From Octopus bimaculoides (taxonomy: Eukaryota): a stretch of DNA of 64,000 nt. This document shows, one piece after another, positions 37,401 through 51,315 of this stretch. The stretch is from NCBI RefSeq assembly GCF_001194135.2, contig NC_068986.1, positions 78,165,394 through 78,229,393 of the forward strand, written 5' to 3'. The notes under the pieces were generated by a model that saw only the letters and a list, made by a program, of their open reading frames with translations, had not been told where the DNA came from and did not search any database. The position numbers and the translations under genes are program-made. The stretch's first letter is position 1; the number at the start of each line of letters is the position of its first letter.

Positions 37401-38227
37401 CTCCAGGATTTCTCGTGATATTTAAAATTACATTTATTAAACTTAGATAAAATCTGTTGATTTTAGATTTGGCTTATGTTGTATTTTGTGTTGTAAAAAC
37501 ATATTTGAAGATGAGCTTTTCAATCCTTTACCTTTTATTGTTGAAAAGGCAGTTATATGAAACACCTTAATTGAAGGTGAGAGATATCTGAAGTTGATAT
37601 TTATTTATTGATAATGGGAGCTGTATTAAACTTATGAAAACCTGGCATTTAAGACCAAGACTGACAGAGAAATTTCCTAATGATCAAGTGGGAAGTGACA
37701 ATGACTAAAACCCAACCAATTAAATATAAAATGCAAGGATATAAATGTGTCAACATATTTGAAGCAGAATGTTTAATGTTTTTTCTTTCTTTTTGGTTTC
37801 TACCTCAACATTTCTATACTACCAAAAAAAGAAGCATTTTCATAAGATGGTTCTGCATGTGACATACATGGCATACAGTAACCTTTCCAAGACCCAATCT
37901 AACAAACTTAATAAATGATGATCTTTCCAGTCAGGTGTATGATAAAACAAGTAGATATAAATGCCATATTTTGAAGAATAAACAGTGGTCAACCCATCTG
38001 ACACAACTTGATCTGATAGAAATCACAGTCAGATTTCCTCAAATGACACTTTATTGCCTTAAAACAATAAAGACACATAACAATATATTTCTTGATCCAC
38101 AAAACGACAGGATGTTCAAAAGCTGGATTGTTTGATCAGAGTAAATTTGAAGTGAAACAACAGCAACAATAACAACAGTTATTCTTATTATTATTATTGA
38201 CACAAGGTAACAATGAGCTAGCAGAAT

Positions 38228-38635
38228 CATCATCATTATCCTTTAGCATTCGTTGTCCATGCTGGCATGGGCTGGATGGTCTGACCATTGCTCGTAAGCT
38301 GAGGGGCTGCATCAGATTCTAGTCTGGTTTGTTGTGGTTTCTACCGCTAGATGCCCTTCCTAATGCCAACCACTCTCAGAGTGTAATGGGTGCTTTTATG
38401 TGCCACCTGCACAGGTGCCATTTGTGTGACACCAGTATCCGCCATGCCAGACAAAATGCATAGCAGCATTTTGTCTGTCTTTATGTTTTGAGTTCAAATT
38501 CTGCCAAGGTTCACTTTGTCTTCCATCCTTTCGGGGCCAATAAAATAAGTACCAGAGAACACTAGTGTAGAGGAAATTAACTAGCCCCTTTCCCCAAATT
38601 TCAGGCCTTGTGCCTATAGTAGGAAGGATTATTAT
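38228..38635. mobile_element. RTE tail (minus, 38228-38440) abutting a family B SINE (plus, 38447-38635)
   Basis: Family motifs as above. Confidence 0.75.
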
Positions 38636-38659
38636 TGACTCACAGTTTACTTATCCATA

Positions 38660-39190
38660 TTTTATGATAGACAGGATGAGAAATGAGGAGGTGCGAAGGC
38701 AAGCAGGAATGAGAGAAAAGCTAACAACCAAAATGGATAGACGAATGTTGAGGAGGTTTGGCCACATGGGGAGGATGGATGAGGAGTGGATGGTAAGGAG
38801 GGTGATGAAGGCTGAAGTGGTAGGCAGCAGAACCAGAGGCAGACCTCGGTTTGTGTATATGGATGGAGTGAGGAAGCTTTGGTGGTTAGAGGTGTTGGAG
38901 TGAGAGAGGTATGAGAGTTTATAAACGATAGGAAGGCATGGAGAGTGTTTGTGGATGGATGAGTGAATTTGATGTTGCTCAAAGGGGTATGGAACCAGCA
39001 TGACGTGGTGGGGGTAAACCAGCATATGCTGTCAGGCTCCGCTGCTGATACTGGGGGTTGCTTTCTATGCTTTGACCCAAGGATAGAATGGGGTTCACCT
39101 CACTGAGCTGGGAAATGAATGGAATGCCTGGTATGTATCCTGTGGCTACCCCTCCTAAGAAAATGGGGAATAGTCCTGGGTATATATAAA
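38660..39190 (+). mobile_element. 5'-truncated RTE LINE of a distinct family (ORF C-terminus plus 3'UTR)
   Basis: DRMRNEEVRRQAGMREKLTTKMDRRMLRRFGHMGRMDEEWMVRRVMKAEVVGSRTRGRPR is the typical RTE post-RT RxFGHxxRM...GxRxRGRP region. Confidence 0.85.
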
Positions 39191-39674
39191 AAAATGATCA
39201 TCAAAAAAACAGAAGGCAGAATTAACTTTATTCAAGAGAGATTTGAACCCATTTTTGTAAGCTGTACATCTGGAGTTCACTGGTTGCCTAATGTCTTCCA
39301 GTTACTTGTATTATATGAAGTAATCAGACCAGACACTCTGATATTTTATTGAAGACATTTTGCAGTTTACTCTATCTTTATTGTCCTACCTCAATAAAGA
39401 GCAGATACATTGTTGATAATAGCTGAAAGGATATTCAGGGCTTTCAGTTAATGAAGTGGATTAAGACATTTGGACACATTCATTAATGATGATATTATTA
39501 TAGTGACAGAAACTGAAAACAGTGTAGAAGAAATGAAAGGAGAAATATTTGTTGACAAACCCTAACACTTAATATAGGTGGGTAAATATAATATAATTTA
39601 AAAAATCTGTGTTAAGATGAATAAAAAAATATGTAATTAATTGATTAAATCAAAATTTCAAGATAAATAAAATA

Positions 39675-40927
39675 TTAGGTTGTTTCACATGAAATGTCGT
39701 ATTTGAAAGGTAACAATAAAATGTTTCTGAAGTGTTAGAGAACTGATTTATTTAATCAAAGTATGATCCATGTTCATTTATGATGTTTACCCAACATTTT
39801 TCTATGTCATATATTCCATCTTTAAAAAAAAAAAAATTCATCTTTTGCTGTGATGAACTGTGTGAATGCTTCAATTACCTCTTCCCTTTTTAAGAATGTT
39901 TTATTGCTTATGAAAATCTCAAATTCTTAAATAAGTGATGATCAGTAGGAGAGATATCAGGGGAATAGGGAGGATGCTGTAAAATCTCATGATTCAGGCT
40001 TTGCAACTTTTGGATCATAGCTTGAGGAGTATGAGGACTTGCATTATCATGGAGCAAAATTGGGCCATCTCTATTCACTACTCTGGGTTGCTTCTTTTTC
40101 GAATTCTTGTGCATACAATCAGTTTCCTGACAATACGATGTTGCTGTTGCCGTTTTTTCTTGTTGCAAAAATGAATAATGAATAACTCCCTTCACAGACC
40201 ACCATACAGTGAGCACTAACTTTTTAGGGTGCAATGGTGGATTTGGGTAGTGTTTAGGTAACTCTCCTACATCTAATCACTGTCCTGTTCTCCTGCTGTT
40301 GTCAAAGAGTATCCATTTCTCATCACAAGTAATGATTTGATGCAAAAATGGTCTTTTTCCAGATGAGAAAGCAATAAGGAGCACATTTTGAGGTGTCTGT
40401 TTTTTGAACCTGGTTCAGTTGATGTGGAATAAACTTATCCGTTTTCTTGACTTTTCCAATTTTTTACAGGTGTCCAAAAACAATTGTGCGAGATGTTTGG
40501 AGTTCTGATGAAAGTTTTTGAATTTTTGTTCTTGGATTTTGTTCAACCAAAGCACTTAATCCATCATGCTGAATAACTGATTTTGGCCCACCCCTTGGTT
40601 TATTTTCAAGGCTATCATCTCCTGAACAACAGCTTTGGAGCCATCTCTGAACAGTTCTGATGTCAACAAAACCATTACCAAAGGCCTGCTTGATATTCCG
40701 TAGAGCTTCTGCGGCAGAGTGACCCAGTTTGTATTCATACAAAAAAATCACTCAACATAGTTTGGTTGTTATCATTTTCATAAGGTCTGTGTGTACGAAT
40801 TTTATATACTAGCATTGTTGGGAAAGAAAAAGAGTCAAGATTAAATGCAAGGTATACATAATTGAGTTTTTAAAAGACTGAAATAACAAATAATTAAAGA
40901 TGTGACATTTCAGGTGAAACAACCTAA
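39675..40927 (-). mobile_element. Full-length decayed mariner (D34D, Hsmar1/cecropia-like) transposon
   Basis: 24-bp TIRs ttaggttgtttcacatgaaatgtc / gacatttcaggtgaaacaacctaa (1 mismatch), TA on both sides, 1253 bp. Motifs FLYEYKLGHSAAEA, IPHQL, ITCDEKWI, HPKKLVLTVWW, LHDNASPH, HPPYSPDISPTDHHLF. Several frameshifts and stops. Confidence 0.95.
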
Positions 40928-43195
40928 TAGAATAACTTTATTTATTTGTGAGCCATTAGCACTTTGATTAGAATGCTTTACAACATTTTTTTCTGTCTCT
41001 CTGCATCTACTAAAGTCAAATTTTCATTCATTTTTTAGGGTTGATAAGAACATATTAACCTAGGGCGGTGGATTATTGGAGTTGTGAGACCATCAAACTA
41101 AGTTCAAATCTCTCTAGGACCTGCTTAAATGGTAGGCACAATCTATTGCTTGGTTTCATAATACCACTTGACACTCTGGGTGCTTCCAGTTTATGGATAC
41201 CTTCCATGCTCCCTCTCATTCATCTCAGAGGCTCTATAAAATGTCATAGTCATTACTTTCCCTTTTAGCTAAATGATAAAAATTCCCTATAGTGATATCT
41301 AATATAGACAAAGAGGCTTCAAAAGTTTTTTTGAAAGGAAACAGTTTATTACATTGACCCAAGAATGTAAGTGGTGTTTATGTTATTGACACTAGGATGA
41401 ATCCTGTTTTAGAACTGTGTGTGTTTGTGATATAAAACGCAGTGAAATAGAGTTACTAAGATGACAGTTCTTTACAAATCCTAACAATTAATATGGGTGG
41501 GTAAATATAATGTTTTAGAAATCTGTGTTAAAAATGAATAAAACAAATGTAATTGATTAAATTAAAATAAAATAGAATAACTTTTTTATTTGCACTTTGA
41601 TTAGAATGCCTTATGGCATTTTTTCCCATCTCTCTGCATCTACTAAGGTCACTGTGTCCCTAGCATGTTGTTAGAAGAGATTATAAGGGTTGGCAACGTG
41701 GTAATAGGAAAGATATCCAACCATAAAACAGTATCACAGAAAACCTGTCCAGCCCATACAAATATAGACGAGTGGATATAAAACAATGATGATCAATACT
41801 TTGGTGAAAAAAATAACTTGAGAATTGTAAGAAATCTAATTCTTTTCAATGTATATGAAAATTGTGACATGTAAATAAAGACACACAAATACTTTATTTC
41901 TGATTTTAACTTAAACTTGATATCAACTTTTATAATTTCAGATTTGCTTGGGAAACTCTTAATCATTTAGTAATTATATTTCAAATGAAATTTCCTGCTT
42001 GTGTATTTCAAATATCTTCTATAAGTAATCAAGAATTTTGAGGGTTTTGTCAGGCAACAAACTTACTTAAGCTAGTGTACTGTCGTGAGTTTGCAGAATC
42101 ATTAAACCATCAAACAAAATGCTTTTGTTATGGCTCTTTGCATTCTGAGTTCTAATCCTGCTAAAGTCAGCTTTAACTGTCATTTGTCCAGGGCCAATGA
42201 AATAAACTTCCAGACATGATTCAATTTAAATGCAAACACTTTGAAATAAGGAATCTTGTGACACAGAACCAAAGGTGATTTTAGATGGATTTATCAATGG
42301 TGTAGTGTGGGGTGTGTAGACTGCACAGGCTGTCCTTTTATACATGTGTGTTTGCTGTAGTTGATCTTATGCTACATTTAAGGAAGTGGGTAACCAATTT
42401 GACTAATGCATAGGGTGGCCAAAATCCATGCAATGCCTCTGGAGTTGGTATCAAATATTATTTAAAATTCACCATAAGTTTTTAGTTAACTATTGTAATG
42501 AATTCTGTAATTGATGTGTTAATCTTTTAAAGTTCCCATTTCACAGGATTTGAGCTCACTGAAATCCCAGAATTCAAAATAATGCGCATGTTGCTGTAGA
42601 TCTTGTGATTTGCCTGGTTGGTTAAAATAAAAGAAAAATCAAAACATAATTTCTGTTTATTTCTGAAACAGAAAATGTTAAAATGAATGTGTAGGCTGAA
42701 AAAAGACCTGGTTAGCTATTTTTGCTTTTCTCTAAAATATATCTATTTCATAATATATATTTTCTTTACCCTAAGTAAAGACAATATGAACGTCATATTT
42801 AACAACTTGAAAATTCTGTTAGAACACTAAATATATCTGAAAATAATTCAATTTTCCAACTTACTCTATTTCAAAACCATTTAAATCAGCAATTTGATAT
42901 TATAAGAACCTGTAGTAAGAATTTCTATTTTAAGGAACGTAATAGTTATGAACATGTGTGTGTGTATGTGTGTGTGTGTATGTGAGTATAAATTTGTTCT
43001 TTACTGAACAAGGAACTGTCAATGAAAAGTTATCCTTTCTTTTCATATGAGGTTTTAGTTTTAGTGTTGAATTAATAAGTGTAACTATATTATGACATTA
43101 ATGTTTTTGCAACAAGATCATAGATACAATGTAACTAATTAATAAACATATATAGAGTCATATTCAAATGTGCATAAATCTTGCTGTTAAATTAG

Positions 43196-43284
43196 ATCCA
43201 CAACAATAGCTTGGGATGAAGATCAAACCAACAGGCTTTGTTGTGTTATTAACAATTCATCAAGATTCATTCACTTTTTAAATG
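43196..43284 (+). CDS. Candidate internal exon (STTIAWDEDQTNRLCCVINNSSRFIHFLN)
   Basis: Acceptor tcttgctgttaaattag, donor gtgata, 89 nt, one open frame in non-repeat sequence. Confidence 0.3.
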
Positions 43285-43389
43285 GTGATAGTTGTAGAAG
43301 GTTTCTTATTAAAATGTGAACAAAACATAATGCATGTGATTTACATCATGCTTCAATGTTGATGACCTGATATTAATTATGAGAGGACC

Positions 43390-43810
43390 AATGTAGCTTA
43401 TCCTCTATGAGGTGCTGTCCTTGTGGTGTAATAGCCTGTGTGCCTCAATGTCCCTCAGAGTCAAGCCAACAAGGCACAAGGTCCTTGTAGATCCTCCCAT
43501 GCTGTACAGGTCAAAAATAGAAACCAGAATAATACAGAACACCCCAGAGGTAAAAATGGGTTTGTATAGGGCCAACACCCCTACCTAGAAAAAAGCAAAA
43601 TTATTGAAGCATCAATGACAATTCAAAACCAATAAGACCTGGGAGAGGAAGGCCTTCCCCCAGGGAAACAATTGACAAAGGGCAGCAATATTTGAAAAGA
43701 AGCTGCAAAGAAGAAAGCAGGGATCCAACCAGAGAGAAGCAAAAAAGACAGTGCTGAGTTGAAAATAATTAAGAAAAGTTGCTGATGGTCTATGCTCTAT
43801 AGTGAGTGAT
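43390..43810 (+). mobile_element. Possible bipartite non-autonomous RTE (5'UTR-like part joined to a 3' end)
   Basis: gggtttgtatagggccaacacccctacctagaaaaa resembles RTE 5'UTR motifs (from memory). The 3' part aagcagggatccaac..gagaagca.aaaagacag recurs at 49690-49730. Confidence 0.35.
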
Positions 43811-44121
43811 AGGCTAAAGGGAAGGGAGTATGTAGCTCATAATGGGTAAGGTATGAAACTATCAGAGGCGTATATTCCAGGTGTGCTAGGTGTGCACTGC
43901 ATGTCCATCGTAATTAGAAAATTCATTATAAATATTAACCTTACTCATTAATTTAATCACAAATCTTAATGGAAAACTTTTGTTATACCCCTGCTTGAAA
44001 TTTGGTGGCCTTGAGTATGACAGCACACCCAATACAACCACCATCATATGTCACTGGAAACTATATATGGAGAGGCTCCACCTCAGTGACTTGAAAGTTT
44101 TGGGAAGTATGCAGTTATCTT

Positions 44122-44349
44122 TTAACCCTGTGGTGTTCATACTATTATGTCAAAGATAATACTTATTTATTCACATTGTTTTGAATTAATCATGCATTGT
44201 CTTGTGGCTTTGAGATTTTGATGATGTGATTGTTTATTCTTAGAATGATCTTGAAGGGTAGGTGTGACATACTAGATCAGGCCACTTTGAACATAAAACA
44301 GGTAGAATAATTGGGCTGCATATGGCTGGTTTAAATGCTATAGAGTTAA
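44122..44349. mobile_element. TTAA-flanked piggyBac-like MITE
   Basis: ttaaccctgtggtgtt ... aaatgctatagagttaa; colinear with 57281-57505. Confidence 0.75.
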
Positions 44350-44782
44350 CCACCTTTATTCCAGCCCGCTATAGACCAGGGTGGTAGCAGCTGTCAAAGA
44401 CCCCAATTATTGTTGAAAGATTGGAAAAGGGTCCTGTGATTAGGGGAGAGCTGGCTCCTAGATACATGTCACACATGCTTACCTGCATGCGGATATGCCC
44501 TGATGTTACACGAACCAATTCATACACCTAAAGGTTAAATGGGCCATGTGCCTTAAGTGTAAGCATGACAGAGCAGGAAGCTAGCAGAGTAAAATACGAA
44601 GAAATCAGTGACAAGAAACTATTGCTATATCTTACCCAAGAAAAATTATGAATTTGCAGACTTGGGTATGGAGATCATAATTACTAATGCCTATAGAACA
44701 GGCATGGTACATGAAGAGACAGAGAAAAAAAGAGAGAGAAGAGGGAAGGTAAGGGGAGGGAGACAGAAAGAGGACATATAAG

Positions 44783-44825
<43 letters not shown>

Positions 44826-45279
44826 AATCCAAACATGAACAAGCAAGAAGAAACAAGAAAAAACAACAATGCGAGGACGTGGAATAAGTACAGTGTTATN
44901 NNNNNNNNNNNNNNNNNNNNNNNNNNNNNNNNNNNNNNNNNNNNNNNNNNNNNNNNNNNNNNNNNNNNNNNNNNNNNNNNNNNNNNNNNNNNNNNNNNNN
45001 NNNNNNNNNNNNNNNNNNNNNNNNNNNNNNNNNNNNNNNNNNNNNNNNNNNNNNNNNNNNNNNNNNNNNNNNNNNNNNNNNNNNNNNNNNNNNNNNNNNN
45101 NNNNNNNNNNNNNNNNNNNNNNNNNNNNNNNNNNNNNNNNNNNNNNNNNNNNNNNNNNNNNNNNNNNNNNNNNNNNNNNNNNNNNNNNNNNNNNNNNNNN
45201 NNNNNNNNNNNNNNNNNNNNNNNNNNNNNNNNNNNNNNNNNNNNNNNNNNNNNNNNNNNNNNNNNNNNNNNNNNNNNNN

Positions 45280-45325
<46 letters not shown>

Positions 45326-46455
45326 AATGTTGCATGGATTATGAATAAATAAATAAATAAATATAAAGCCATATCCATAGTAACTATTAACTTAAAAGCT
45401 TATTTACTTAGTTATAAATGATAAAGCAAGGTTCTTTCCCAAGAATAAAATTCTTCGAAATTTCTTAAAAAACTATGATATCAGTTTTGTGTCTGTATGT
45501 CTAAATTTATTACTGTGTATGTCTATGCATGCTTCATGTATGTTTATGAAAAAATGTGTGTCTATCTATATCTATACACACAAGCAATGCGTACACACAC
45601 ACAAGCAACGCATGCATGCACACACATACGCACATACACATCTATGTGTATATGTGTGTATGTATAGTATATATGTATATACACATAGCTTCCATTAAGC
45701 AAAAACAATCTTAATTTCTTAAAAGACTAATTTTGAAAATAATAAAAAAAACTTCTTTCCTTGATTGTGTATTCACTATTATTCAAATATATTAAAAATG
45801 ATTTTTAAGAAATATTTTTTAACATCAGTGTCTATTATTGATGATTGTATGAATTGTTACAGCATCTGTTATACTCTTGGAGACTTTTCTGGGAAGGAAA
45901 AAAAACGGAAACAAAAAAGCACCTGAAATGTTTCATGAATTTGCATGTTATTCGAACCAATGACATAAATTCTGATTTGCTAGAAACAGCAGCAAAATTT
46001 AGCCAGACATGGTTGAGAGATTAAGAAGTTTGTTTAACAGTTATATGGTTCTGAGTTTGAACCCATTGTGTCACTATACCATCAGTGTATGTTTGCTACC
46101 ATAAGCAGTGGGTTGACCATTATCTTGTAAATGGAAACCCATCATTTATGTCCAGTTCTTTCCATAGTTATGATCAGATTGTTTGTTGTTTATAAGATCA
46201 GGAGAATTGTTACTCGACTTAGAAATAGGTGAGGGTATCCATCCATAGAAAACTCTTCCCTAACATTGTCTTGTGTAACCCATGCAAACATGAAAAAGCA
46301 GATGTTAAAGCAATGATGCCAATATGTAGTTTAGGAGTTCTGGAGTCGTGGGGAGCATGGAGTCGCTCGTTATATACTATTACTCTTAGGTTCATTCTGA
46401 TCTGGAATAGTTCTACTTGTTAGGGTACCATCTGTGAGTTAAATAAATTTCCCAG

Positions 46456-46713
46456 GGGAAGAGGAGGCTCCTGATATTTTTGACAAAGCTGCTGGGGAAG
46501 GCAGCTCTCTTAGGAGAAAGATATTCTGACATAAAACTTGCCATCGAAATTGTTCCTGTCATCATGCAATGCTTGTCACTGGAACCTACTATGGTGACTG
46601 AGAAAGTGGCAAAAGTGGTATACAAGCTTTTGTCACTTAAATCCAATGATGTACAGATGTTTCACTATCTGAATATGAGATGGTTATCATCTGATAAAAT
46701 GAGGCAATCATAA
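46456..46713 (+). CDS. Candidate coding exon, amphipathic helical-looking (..LLIFLTKLLGKAALLGERYSDIKLAIEIVPVIMQCLSLEPTM..)
   Basis: 85 open codons in non-repeat sequence with raised GC. Possible acceptors at 46455 and 46512. The antisense frame is also open and the boundaries are uncertain. Confidence 0.3.
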   Translation, partial: GKRRLLIFLTKLLGKAALLGERYSDIKLAIEIVPVIMQCLSLEPTMVTEKVAKVVYKLLSLKSNDVQMFHYLNMRWLSSDKMRQS

Positions 46714-47470
46714 TATGTATATACACATAAACTTGAAATTATTTTTAAAATAGCCCTCAGGATGTGGATCTTTTCAGTTTTTGGTTGGCATTTTTTCTAT
46801 ATTGGCTGAGTTAAAAGAATTGATCTTTAGCACATGAGAGACTTGAGATAGTAGAGATTAAAGAAGCATACTTTCCAAGGTATAATATCGAACCTATTTG
46901 TAATGATGGGCCCCTAAAAATACAAAAAAATCAATATTTCAATAATTTTCGAAATTGCCTAAAATTTTAAATGGCCAAAAAATCTGACTGGTAACAGCTA
47001 TGGAACTAAAATTTTCATGAATTACTCCTCTCATGGATACCAACAAATGGTGTAAATTTGAAGAACATCCAAGAATCTTCACAACAGATCCTTGTTGAAT
47101 TTTACTGGAATGACCTGTATGTGTTTATGTATGTGTGTCCATGTATTCGTACATGCATATGTGTATACCTGTATGTATATACTATCAAGTGATACTCACT
47201 TGCGAGTGATGGCTGTACTTTTGTACAGAGTTGTGTTGTGCATGTGTGTGTATGTGTGTGCGCATGTGTGTGTATGTGTGTGTGCATGTACTTGTGTGTC
47301 AGTCTTCCCCCTAAATGCATGCACACCCACCCACATATATATGATCAAACAGACTACTCCAAAGAGACTGATGCTAGTTTGCATCAGCAAGACTTGTATT
47401 ATTTAGTAAAATCGATAAACAGAGTACAGTGAACTTCCATCGATTTTAATATGTGTGCGCATGCATGTGC

Positions 47471-47513
<43 letters not shown>

Positions 47514-47974
47514 TGTGTGTATGTGCTTGTATGCATATATGCATGTTTATCTTTTGCTGATGAAAAACATGCTTTAAGAATGAAGTTCAATGAGATACAC
47601 TAAGCTAACAGACACTCCTTTGTTACTCTCTCCATCAGAAATGCTGTGAGCCAGTGATTTGCCAGTTGGAAACCTGAAACCAATGAAATTGTTGTTCACA
47701 AACTATGATATAAAATAAATAAATCTCTCTCAAGTCACACCCTTAAGACAGATAATGTAGTCCCTGATAAGACTGGATGATGGCCTTGACTAGAATTCCT
47801 TTGATCATAGCATTGCTTAAAACTGGGACTGAACTGTAACTAAACAACAACAGCAGCAGCAACAACAACAACAATACTGGAAAGTCAAGCCAACAAGAGA
47901 TCCTCTACATGGTCAGTCATTCTGTTAGAAAGAGCAGCCAAATCTCTTTTTTAAGTCTGATGCTTATTCTGTCA

Positions 47975-48075
47975 GATTCTTTTGCTGAACTACTAAGTTA
48001 TGGGAACACTAACAAACCAACACCTGTTGTCAAGTGGTGGGGTTAGTACGAATACAAAGACACATACACATACAC

Positions 48076-48161
<86 letters not shown>

Positions 48162-48255
48162 ATTTCCACCTGCAAATATACTCACAAGGCATTGGTTAAC
48201 CTGAGGCCATCACAGAAGGTTTTGCTCAAGATATCATGCAGTGGTACTAACCTGA
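47975..48255 (-). mobile_element. SINE family C copy with expanded internal (TA)n/(TG)n
   Basis: tttgctgaactactaagtta..[microsatellite]..actcacaaggcattgg. Confidence 0.7.
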
Positions 48256-48882
48256 TGTGAGTCAATAGAAGACATTGCTAACAGTGTAGTTGAAAATTCT
48301 CATTTTGGTGTCTATATACATTCAATTCTCTATGATCAATTAGTTCAATACCCTCTAGCAGAAAGTCACCAAATATCTTCCAAAATATAGATTTTTTTTT
48401 AAAGCATCACATTTTTGAAATTTAATAAAGTAGAAAATGTTCCAGAAAAGTTTGTTAATATTAATATAATGTACATAATACAGTTTACTGGCATTAATAG
48501 ATTTTGCAATATTAAATTGCTTTCCTATAAAGTAAAACAAAGCTAAAAGCTCTCAATAAACATTGTTAGTAGATGTAATGATTTGGTGTTTCTTTGTTTT
48601 ACTATTTTTCTTTAAGATAAACATTCTTGAGAATGGTTGTTTGTGCAGAAGAAAAGGCAGAAAGAACAAGAGAAGAAACTATTAGATTGATGGAGGGTCA
48701 AATAAATACCTAGATGTGTCAGGTAATAGAGATTAACTATGATAGGTCAGCTAAAATATATAGTAGAATAACTTTATTTCAACCTCTCAGTTATTAATTC
48801 ATTGGTAGAAGAAAAAAGTATTTGGAGACTATGTAAGTGTGTATGAAAGAGAGTGAGAGAGAGGGGAAGAAATAAAAAGAGT

Positions 48883-48883
<1 letters not shown>

Positions 48884-48951
<68 letters not shown>

Positions 48952-48966
48952 TGGTAGGCAGATAGA
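48884..48966. repeat. (AGAT)n microsatellite
   Basis: Direct reading. Confidence 0.95.
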
Positions 48967-49249
48967 TTGAGAGTAAGAGAGAAGGAGAGTGTGTGTGTTC
49001 ACAATTAGATTTAAATAAAGACAGAGAAACAACATTGCTACCAGCCATTTTCTTTTGCATTCTCACTGCTGAAGGCAAGACTGAAAACATAGAAGAGAAA
49101 TACTTTCAGTGCTACAAGGAGAAATGGGGAAAAAGAGACAAAGAAGCAAAGTTACCCCTAATGTTCATCATTCAAAACATTAACATGTTTCCTCTGCAAA
49201 TTGAACCTGAACATCAAGGATTGGGACATGGACTCATCAAATGATCTAG

Positions 49250-49575
49250 AAAAACTGGCACTCCATTGGTTACAACGATAAGGGTTCCAGTTGATCCAAT
49301 CAACGGAACAGCCTGCTCATGAAATTAACATGCAAGTGGCTGAGCACTCCACAGACATGTATACCCTTAATGTAGCTTTCAGAGAGATTCAACATGACAC
49401 AGAATGTTACAAGGCTGGCCCTTTGTAAAACAGGTACTACTCATGTTTTGCCTGCTGAGTGACTTGAGCAATGTGAAATAAAGTATCATACTCAAGGACA
49501 CAATGCACTGCCAGGATTAGAACTCCTAATCTTACAATCATGAGCCAAGTACCCTAACCACTAAGCCATGTGCCT
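49250..49575 (-). mobile_element. SINE family E/D copy
   Basis: Body colinear with 25215-25390; head of family D type. Confidence 0.75.
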
Positions 49576-50000
49576 TTACTAAATAACCTACAAATGAAGA
49601 AGAGGGTCATCTTCAAATTAGATGGACCACCAACTGTAAGCAAATGGTTATGATACAATGTGGGGCAGTAAAATCTGAAAGGGTGCAGTAAGGAAGCAGG
49701 GATCCAACTGGAGAAAAGCAGAAAAGACAGCACAGATCTGAGGACACCGGAGAAAAGTTATGAATGTCCTAAGCTTTGTAGAGAGTGAAGAGCTTATGTA
49801 AATGTTGTTTAATATCTAAACATAAATTAGCAGCATTTCAACTGTCATTTGCTGACATAATGACTTAATGCACATATTTGCTTGTGTGCGTGTGCGAGCG
49901 TGTGTGCATGTGTGTGTGTGTGCATGTGTGTGTGCAAACGATGAAAGTTTGGAGGATGACAGCAGCAAAGATTTTGAACATAAAAACCAATGGTATATAT

Positions 50001-50033
<33 letters not shown>

Positions 50034-50073
50034 ATATTAGGGATAAAATCCCAAATTACAGGCAAAATCATTA

Positions 50074-50121
<48 letters not shown>

Positions 50122-50354
50122 ATATGTATTTATTTTCTCCTAGTTAATAACTAACTCGGACAAAATAAATTGGTTAATAGATACCAGGGTAGCAAAGATC
50201 ACAAAATGACTGTGGTGTAACTCCTTGTTATTTTGGGTACTTGAGTATATATAAATTTAGTAAATGGAGTAAAACGCATATGTTAACTGAATACTTATAT
50301 ACTTATATATATATATATATATATATAAGGAAATATGTGAGGAAAATCCTCTCT

Positions 50355-50662
50355 TTAGCTGACCTGCTAGGTTATGGAGGCATAAACACACCAACATCAC
50401 TCGTCAAGCAGTGGTGGGATACAAACACAGACTCAAAGACACGCACACACGCAGACATATACATACATACATATATATACACATATATATATCGTGTGTA
50501 TGTGTGTGATGGACTTTTTTCAGGTTCTGTTTACCGAATCCTCTCACAAGGCATTGACCAACCTGAGCTTGTAGTAGAAGACACTTTCCCAAGGTGCCAT
50601 GCAATGAGATTGAACCTGGTGCCATTTAGTTGAGAAGCAAACTTCTTACCATACAGCTATGT
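50355..50662 (-). mobile_element. SINE family C copy
   Basis: Colinear with 3735-4080. Confidence 0.75.
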
Positions 50663-51064
50663 CTGTAAGTTATGACCATGAGTCTAACACCCCCAATTCC
50701 TAGGTGCATGATTTTGTGTAAATGAGTACAAGACATGGTGCAGGTACAACAAACTCCCCCTCCAGGTGTCACATCCTGGATGTTCTGCTGGTTCAAGTTT
50801 GAAGGGGCTAAGAATATGTCTATGTTTATCTGTGACTACATAGGTGCCTAAAACAATTAGTAACATTGGACAATTTGTCTTTATTATGTAATATGCATCA
50901 GTAACTGAAAATTACCTTAAGTTAATGAAACATATGTAAGGTGGTGCATCTACATATCTTATAAACAATCTCTCATATTTTGATTTGCTTTATACAGGTC
51001 CTTTGTGTAACACTCAAACTCAGATTTCATAACAAAGGATACATACACACATGTGTATATATAA

Positions 51065-51255
51065 AGTGAGCTGGCAGAAACATTAGTGTGCCGGGTGAAA
51101 TGCTTAGTGGTATTTTGTCTGCCGTTACATTCTGAGTTCGAATTCCGCTGAGGTCGACTTTGCCTTTCATCCTTTCAGGGTCGATAAATAAAGTAGCAGT
51201 TACGCACTGGGGTCGATGTAATCGACTTAATCCCTTTGTCTGTCCTTGCTTGTCC
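51065..51255 (+). mobile_element. SINE family B copy, well preserved
   Basis: gtgagctggcagaaac..gagttcgaattccgctgaggtcgactttgcctttcatcctttcagggtcgataaa. Confidence 0.85.
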
Positions 51256-51262
51256 CCTCCCC

Positions 51263-51315
<53 letters not shown>

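Noticed and set aside
48993-49244. ORF ending QIEPEHQGLGHGLIK, reminiscent of GNAT motif A
   Set aside because: The motif is imperfect, the ORF starts in a microsatellite flank, and there are no good splice sites.
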